Assembly: GCA_015486845.1 (NCBI GenBank)
Contig: WFQU01000032.1
Location: forward strand, 1-62,485
Length of the DNA stretch: 62,485 nucleotides
Origin: Anaerolineae bacterium
GTDB lineage: Bacteria > Chloroflexota > Anaerolineae > JAADDB01
Reading direction: 5' to 3'
The position numbers and the translations under genes were made by a program. Under the pieces are notes generated by a model, which was given only the letters and a program-made list of their open reading frames with translations, did no database searches and had not been told where the DNA came from. Shown piece by piece: positions 1 to 6,180 of the stretch. Position 1 is the stretch's first letter. Every line of letters begins with the position of its first letter.

Positions 1-513
1 ACTTCTAATCGACAGCGTTCTCTGCCCGAGCGCACGGGGGTCAAATCCCCGTGCTACGTCGCCAAGAAGCCCCCTGAAAGGGAGCTGGTGTTGAGCAGCC
101 TCTTGGCAGCGGACGCAACCTTGACGTACCCCGCCACGGCACCGGAGTCGAGGCTTTAGCCGGTGTTGACGCTGCCAAGCCACCTAAAGGCTCGACTCCA
201 GTCGCTTCGTTTTCATCTGCTGTGGTGTGCCGTAGGCTCATGATAACTCTCTTGAAAATAGAACGTTGATTAACGCTGATCTCAAATAAATTAGGCCAGC
301 AATACGAAAATTCCTGTTATTAAACCCGGTTCATACTATTAGCTACGATCAAGTGCCTACCAACGCACGGCAACAACACTAAGTAAGCGCTCATTGCCAA
401 CAGAATGGCGGCGGACAGCAGCGTGGCAGTAGAAAGTGATAGCCCACAACGAACCAGATCCGACGCAGCCAAGAACCTTTTTCAGGGGAGCTGGGGTGTG
501 AAACGCCCCCAGT
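1..513. repeat. mosaic repeat block R1, cut by the window edge; module order is F1 tail, F12, F2 hairpin, F3 hairpin, F4, F5, M1, F6, F10
   Basis: Each module recurs elsewhere in the window, e.g. gcacgg..ccgtgctacg, agcccc..ggggctggtgttgag, tttcatcYgctgYggtgtgccgtaggctcatgataactc, gaaaatagaacgYtgattaacgctgat, ccagcaatacgaaaat. Confidence 0.9.
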
Positions 514-1535
514 GGTATGTCCCTCTTCTTAGTCAAGCAATCTTCTGCGGCAACGTTGGGGATTGCTTCGCTTCGCTTCGCTCGCAATGACAAGCTAAGT
601 CATGTTAGACGCAATACGAAATACGTATTCCGTATCATTTTCATACGCTTTCCTATTAGGTCTCTCCAAACTTTGCACAGCAGCATTATTGTACACACTT
701 ATTATAGCTTATAGGACGGTTACGCATCAATACGGCGGGTAGTCTATTTTCTCTATGATTTCCGCACCTGTAGGGCTGCAATGTGTGCTTGTGCGCATGA
801 TAAGCCGGAGCAAAATTACCTCGCGCGACAAAATGACTGGATCGTCTGTCATGAATAATATTTGATACGTCTACAACCAGCTCAATGCATGGATTTCGAT
901 TGTAAGGGAATTGTAATGTCGAAAACGGCATGGAAGCGGGTCTTTTACGCAGTTTTGTGACACTACGAGTGGCGTGATAGCCCAATCAGGATTACAACAA
1001 TTACGTTACGGGATAACCGGGCTTCTATTTACTTTCCTTAGAAGGCATAGTGCCCTCCATTCTCGCTCTGGCCACGCTTTAGCAAAGACTATACAAACTT
1101 ATTGTAACTTCATTAATCCTCCTGCTTAGATGCTGTCAGTAAGCTGATATTTTTCTATAGTATTTTCTCAATAAGAGTAAAAGTGTCCTGTAAATCTTGC
1201 CAATAATCTATATTCTGTGTTAAACTGATAATGTGATTAGTGAATTGGGTGTATGTCAGCTTAAGTTGTTGCTATTACTTTTTTTATGTAATACTTTGTT
1301 GTTGGGGCTGATTTGAGGTGGAAACGTCTCCTTTGTTCATATATAGTGTCTATTACCTGTGTGCGGTGCTGGAGGGGTAAAAAGAGAATGATGGTTGATT
1401 CTGTTGAATAGAAGGATGCTGTGTGTGTCGTTTCCAATCCTATGAAGCTGCTTTCGTTACAGACTGTCCAGGTTTATGGATGAGCACGAAATATATTTTC
1501 AAGGTGGGTTTACATATTCCAGTGAGGAGAGAAGA

Positions 1536-3815
1536 ATGTCTTCTAAAAAAGTGGAACTTTCAGAGAAAGAGATTGCTCAATTAGTAGGCGATCTTGCGAA
1601 GGAAAAAGATTTTTTTGCCGCGTGGCGTAAGGTTATGCCGTATATTTTGCGGGTGACTGGCGCGACCAGTTCGGCTATTTTACGCCCCGTGGAGACAGGA
1701 CACAGGATGTATATCGAAGTGTCTTATAATCTTTCGCAGCATGCCATGGAAGTTTTATTTAACCATCCGATCCCAATCCAGGGTACTCTGGCCGGCACCA
1801 GTTATCTCAGCCGGCAAATCATCATTGAGCAGATGGATAGCGATCGTTATCAACAAGTGGCAGGGGAAAACAGGATTATCGAGCCTGTAGCCGCTGGGGG
1901 GGTTGCCATTGTCCCTCTAATCGGCGAGGGGTTGATTATGGGGGTTTTGAAGCTTTATTACGAAGAGATGCCTTTGGTCGATAAAGAGATCCTTGAACGG
2001 CTGAAACCGCTCTTCAAGGCGCTGGCGTTGGCTTTACAACGTAATGATAGCGAAGTTGCCGAGAATAATGTGCGTTTACTGCGGCAGATAAGTCAGAGCC
2101 GTTGGCCTACACCCGGGCAATCGCCCGAGCTTTCACGTGTTTTACATGATATTGCTGAGGTGACTCGTCAGGTATTAAACGCCAAGAGTAGCTCTATTTT
2201 CTTAGCAAATTGGCCCAAGCGTCAAGCTATTGGCTGGGCGGTGAGCGGATTAGATGAAGCAATAGTGGGAAAGCTAATGTTACCGCTGGACTACAGCATC
2301 GCGGGGCAAATCATTATCAGCGGGGAACCGATGGTTTTAGCGGAGAGGCCGGAACAAAACGACTTTTTCTTTTCCATCGAGGATCAGCGTTTCCAGAACA
2401 TGTGCGGCGTGCCCTTGCGCGGCAAGCGACGTATTGTCGGGGCATTGATGGTAGACGATTTGCCAGAGCCGTGCAACTTGGAAGCCGTGAAAACATTAGA
2501 AGCATTGGCGCCCTTGGCTGTTATGGCCATCGAAAACACGCAATTTTTTACTTTGGCCCAGTATCGCTTGCACAATTTGGAAACAATTCAGGGCATACAA
2601 AAAATGCTTTTAGAGACCTTCTCTTTGCCCAAAGTGTTCGAAGTGATTGCTGCGGGGTTGTTTAAATTAACTGACGCCCAGAATGTTCAAGTGCATTTGT
2701 ACGATGATAATAAAAATGAGATTGAATTGGCCCACCAAGCGTGGCGCAGCGGCACGCTCGGCGAGCCTTTGTCTATCGAGAGTGTAGCCTGGCAAGTCAT
2801 TGAGGCGCGGGAACCAATCATCGTCCATAGCGATGCCGAAAGTCTTCTCTACGAAGATCGTGTGGGCAGATCGTGGCAAACCATTGCGATGGCTGTTTTC
2901 CCGTTGATCGCCGAAGATAATGTGATTGGGACCATAGGCATAACTTATCCGTATGCTTCACATCATTTCGATGAGGAAGAGCAGTATTTGTTGCGCTTCA
3001 TGTCTCATTTTGCTTCCGGATCGATTTACCGTACGCAGATGCACCAACAATTTCAGAAAGTCGATCAGCTCAAAGATGAAGCGATCGCCAATATTTCGCA
3101 TGAGTTGCGATCGCCGCTTTCTTTGATGAGCGGTTATTTAGATTTGATGGCAGAGGAAGTTCTAGGGCCTATTACTCCTGACCAGCAGGCAGCCTTACAG
3201 ACTGTGCGCCAAAGTACTGATCAGTTGGCTGTGTTGCTCTCTGACATTATGTTGTATAGTCAATTGAAAGCTGGTCCCACGCTCAAAGTTGTTCCTATCT
3301 CTTTAGTGGATTTAGCGCAGCAATATGCCAATAGCTTCCGTGAGAAAGCCCAAGCGAAGGAAGTTCGTATCGTGGTTGAACCGCCGAAGACTGACGTGGT
3401 TGTGCCCGGCGATGTGCGTTGGTTGCGCCAGGCTTTTGAGTTCCTGTTCGATAACGCGCTGCGGTATAACCGGGAAGGCGGCACTATCACGGTACAATTC
3501 GAGAAAACAGCACGAGAAATGGTTGTTACCATTCAAGATGAGGGTGCCGGCATCCCCGAAGAAGCTATCACTCATATCTGGGACCGTTTTTATCGTGTTC
3601 GCCGCGGCGATGAGGATGACGCAGGTACCGGCTTGGGATTGGCCATCGTCAAGCAGATTGTAGCGTTACACCACGGTCGTGTGTGGGCGCAAAACGATGT
3701 CGGCTGGGGTAGCCGTTTTTCGTTTGCGCTACCGTTGCCGGGAATTACCGAGGCTGAATGTGAATCGGTTAGTGCCAAATCCGTTGGCGCTGAGGAAACC
3801 ACTGAGTCGGCCTGA
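1536..3815 (+). CDS. sensor histidine kinase with tandem GAF domains
   Basis: ORF 1476..3815. H-box SHELRSPLSLMSGY and ATP-lid GTGLGLAIVKQIV. SD GAGGAG lies 6 nt before ATG 1536; ATG 1476 has no SD. Confidence 0.85.
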   Translation: MSSKKVELSEKEIAQLVGDLAKEKDFFAAWRKVMPYILRVTGATSSAILRPVETGHRMYIEVSYNLSQHAMEVLFNHPIPIQGTLAGTSYLSRQIIIEQMDSDRYQQVAGENRIIEPVAAGGVAIVPLIGEGLIMGVLKLYYEEMPLVDKEILERLKPLFKALALALQRNDSEVAENNVRLLRQISQSRWPTPGQSPELSRVLHDIAEVTRQVLNAKSSSIFLANWPKRQAIGWAVSGLDEAIVGKLMLPLDYSIAGQIIISGEPMVLAERPEQNDFFFSIEDQRFQNMCGVPLRGKRRIVGALMVDDLPEPCNLEAVKTLEALAPLAVMAIENTQFFTLAQYRLHNLETIQGIQKMLLETFSLPKVFEVIAAGLFKLTDAQNVQVHLYDDNKNEIELAHQAWRSGTLGEPLSIESVAWQVIEAREPIIVHSDAESLLYEDRVGRSWQTIAMAVFPLIAEDNVIGTIGITYPYASHHFDEEEQYLLRFMSHFASGSIYRTQMHQQFQKVDQLKDEAIANISHELRSPLSLMSGYLDLMAEEVLGPITPDQQAALQTVRQSTDQLAVLLSDIMLYSQLKAGPTLKVVPISLVDLAQQYANSFREKAQAKEVRIVVEPPKTDVVVPGDVRWLRQAFEFLFDNALRYNREGGTITVQFEKTAREMVVTIQDEGAGIPEEAITHIWDRFYRVRRGDEDDAGTGLGLAIVKQIVALHHGRVWAQNDVGWGSRFSFALPLPGITEAECESVSAKSVGAEETTESA

Positions 3816-3838
3816 AAATCGCGATCAGGTTAACGATT

Positions 3839-3873
3839 AAGAGCGACATGTACATAGCATGTCGCTCTTTTTT
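3839..3873 (+). terminator. rho-independent terminator after the histidine kinase gene
   Basis: 12 bp perfect stem aagagcgacatg/catgtcgctctt, 7 nt loop, then a T-run. Confidence 0.8.
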
Positions 3874-3939
3874 CACCACCGTACATTAGTCGAGAAGATC
3901 TAATTTTGCCGGTAGGACAATGCTTGCCGGGCAGGGTTT

Positions 3940-5148
3940 TCAACGCAATTGTTCATTTAAATGCGCAATACTTTCTCTGATTTTAACTTCACTCTCAGGC
4001 GTGAGCATCCCTTTGCAAGCTACTGTTTCCACTAAGTTAAACTTGCTCTTCTCTAATTGCTCTTTTAGCTTCTTCCCTGCCGCCGCAGCCCAGCCGAAAA
4101 CCGTTATTAATACAAACGGTTTCTCGTATTCTACTTTTTTACACATCTCGCTCAAGATGAATTCCATGTAAGGGAAGACATCCGATTCATAGGTTTCAGT
4201 GCCCATCACGATGGCCTCGCTGTCGGCAATATCGCTTAGTATATCGGCTAAAGAAGCGTGATGATCGTCCACGATACGGTGCATAACCGGCGTATAACCC
4301 AGCTTTTTTAGCTCGTCCGCGGCAACATTCACGGATCTTTCCACAAAGCGATACATGGAGGAATAAACGATTGTGACTTTGCCCGGCTGGGGCGTTCCCT
4401 TTCCCCAATCCAGATAGGCCTGGATGATGCGCTCTGGCGCCTGGCGCCAGAGGAGGCCGTGGGCCGGTAGAATCATCTTGGGATCGACGCCTAATTTCTG
4501 TAACTTTGCTACATTTTGGGCGATCTTCTCTTTGTAATGACCTATAACCGTTGTCGTATATTTCCTCGCAAAGGGCAGGTAATTGTCTACTTTGATCTCG
4601 TCATCAAATGTACCGCTGGGGATTGAGAATCCCCCGAAAATATCGCCGGTAATAATGATGCCCTCTGCGGGCAAATAAGTGATCATCGTCTCAGGCCAGT
4701 GCAGCCACGGTGTTTGGACAAACGTTAACGTTCTGCCACCGATGGTCAGCGTATCGCCATTTTTTACTGGGCGAAACGACGGCGCTAGACCGTATAATCC
4801 TTTGATCAACCGTTCGGAGAAAGGATGCCCTACAACTTGGGCCTGGTTCCTGGTGAGGGCTAATATTTCCGGCAAGCTGCCGCTGTGATCCGGCTCCATA
4901 TGTTGCACGACGATGTGCTTGATATCTTCTAAAGAAACCAGGCTGGAAAGGGTCTCAACGAATTCCTCTACAAAGAGATGTTTCCAACCGTCAAATAGCA
5001 CGGCGCCGGCCGGCGTCTTAAGCAAGTAGGCGTTATACGTTATTCCTTCCGGTATGGACCACATGGCTTCGAAGTACTTAGTGCTGTGATCTGCTACCTT
5101 TAAGAGGTAAAGACTATCTGCTATTTCCTGTACTGTCACATCGGTCAT
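3940..5148 (-). CDS. fprA: flavodiiron protein (A-type flavoprotein; metallo-beta-lactamase-like plus flavodoxin-like domains)
   Basis: 402 aa. Di-iron motif HMEPDHSG and a C-terminal flavodoxin-like segment. Confidence 0.8.
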   Translation of the reverse strand: MTDVTVQEIADSLYLLKVADHSTKYFEAMWSIPEGITYNAYLLKTPAGAVLFDGWKHLFVEEFVETLSSLVSLEDIKHIVVQHMEPDHSGSLPEILALTRNQAQVVGHPFSERLIKGLYGLAPSFRPVKNGDTLTIGGRTLTFVQTPWLHWPETMITYLPAEGIIITGDIFGGFSIPSGTFDDEIKVDNYLPFARKYTTTVIGHYKEKIAQNVAKLQKLGVDPKMILPAHGLLWRQAPERIIQAYLDWGKGTPQPGKVTIVYSSMYRFVERSVNVAADELKKLGYTPVMHRIVDDHHASLADILSDIADSEAIVMGTETYESDVFPYMEFILSEMCKKVEYEKPFVLITVFGWAAAAGKKLKEQLEKSKFNLVETVACKGMLTPESEVKIRESIAHLNEQLR

Positions 5149-5178
5149 GATTATCTCCTTAATCCTAATTCGGTCTTA

Positions 5179-5208
5179 TTGACACACATTTCGCACTTGC
5201 TCTAAATA
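5179..5208 (+). promoter_or_regulatory. candidate sigma-70-type promoter TTGACA-18-TAAATA facing the repeat block
   Basis: TTGACA 5179-5184, TAAATA 5203-5208. The ATTGACACACATTT context is shared with the glyA promoter candidate. Confidence 0.3.
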
Positions 5209-5211
5209 AGA

Positions 5212-5241
5212 AGTATGCCAAATTGTGAGGGAACTTGTCAA
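5212..5241 (-). promoter_or_regulatory. candidate promoter of the flavodiiron gene, TTGACA-18-CATACT
   Basis: Minus-strand TTGACA (5241-5236) and CATACT (5217-5212), about 55 nt upstream of ATG 5148. Confidence 0.4.
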
Positions 5242-5261
5242 GCAGGTGGATAGTGATTCTA

Positions 5262-6056
5262 TTTGTGCCTTTGCGCCGCTGCGTCAACTTATTTCCAGCG
5301 GAGTTGGCATGGGCCTGCGGCGCACCACAGCGGATGAAAATCTCTTGACAAGATTGGGGATCGCAGGCTTGAGAGGTAATGCTACGGGGATAGGAATGGG
5401 ATTAGTTGATGACGGCTGACAATCTGTTTTATCTTCTTTCTTGGGGGCCAGCCCTCAAACCCCTACTGGGGGCGTTTCACCCCCCAGACCCCCTGAAAAA
5501 GGTTCTTGGCTGCGTCGTGGCCGGTTCGTTGCGGGTTATCACTTTCTACTGCCCCGCTGCTGTCCGCCGCCATCCTGTCGGCAACCAGTTCTAACATATT
5601 GTTGGCGGCTCGAGTTCGGATCAGTTTGATGCTATTCACTAGTGTGAACCAGGCCCGAGAACAAAGGTTTTTCGTATTACCGGCGCGACTGGCTGGCCTA
5701 AGCAACGACCAATGACCTATTTAATTCGTTTTACCAACTTAGCCGGGGGAACGTTTTTCGGAAGGGTTGGAGGGGAACCGTACGGTTCCCCTGCCGGGAG
5801 CTCGAGGGCAGCGCCCTCGAAAGAGAAAAAGAAGGCGAGATTATCTTTGATCAGAAGTTCAACTTCTTGAAGAAGTTGAACTTCTAAAATAGCAAAATCG
5901 CCCTACGGCGATTAGCCTGCAACCTGCGCAGGCAGGTTTCGCAGTTGTGGCAGAGATTTCTAATCGCCGGGCGGAGCAGCCTGCGTTGATCAGCGTTCTA
6001 TTTTTCGGAGGAGAGGGTGCCCTCGGCCACCCTCCAGAGAAGTTTATTTTCAGAGC
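5262..6056. repeat. mosaic repeat block R2: F7 inv, F5 inv, F10 inv, F6 inv, F8, F1 palindrome, F9
   Basis: 5465..5692 is an inverted copy of 283..513. 5696..6053 is a direct copy of 19643..19990. Confidence 0.9.
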
Positions 6057-6103
6057 GTCCTATTTTATTTTCAAGGGAGTTCTTTCAGCGCTTTAAATAA
6101 TGG

Positions 6104-6132
6104 TTGCCAAAGTATACAATCTCTATTATAAT
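6104..6132 (+). promoter_or_regulatory. candidate promoter TTGCCA-17-TATAAT for the LysM/FG-GAP gene
   Basis: TTGCCA 6104-6109 and TATAAT 6127-6132. Confidence 0.5.
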
Positions 6133-6180
6133 CGGTTTATTAGTGGATTATCCCATTACGACCGATATTTCTAAAAACAC

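Noticed and set aside
32-58. The F2 hairpin gcacgggggtcaaatccccgtgctacg resembles a tRNA T-arm (GTCAAAT loop) plus an acceptor 3' strand
   Set aside because: No D-arm or anticodon arm can be built upstream. Other copies have a 5 nt tcaaa loop and a 9 bp stem, which is incompatible with a T-arm. It is not a tRNA gene; at most it is a remote tRNA-derived relic, which I cannot support.
41-593. ORFs of 61-78 aa inside repeat block R1 (41-241, 357-593, 405-590), with similar ones in 5225-5715, 19477-19913, 40303-40684 and 49857-50039
   Set aside because: They lie wholly within dispersed repeat modules that occur in both orientations. Their reading frames are not conserved between copies, they have no SD, and the peptides are low-complexity Arg/Pro/Gly-rich. 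I treat them as non-coding.
686-985. 99 aa ORF on the minus strand in the AT-rich region
   Set aside because: It has a non-ATG start and no SD. Its His/Arg/Asn-rich composition is atypical of the other proteins here, and I recognise no motif.
1099-1123. Mini-ORF ATG AAG TTA CAA TAA (MKLQ) preceded by a perfect AGGAGG on the minus strand
   Set aside because: It is only 4 codons, the 4 nt SD-ATG spacing is short, and there is no downstream gene it could regulate. It is probably a chance occurrence in AT-rich DNA.
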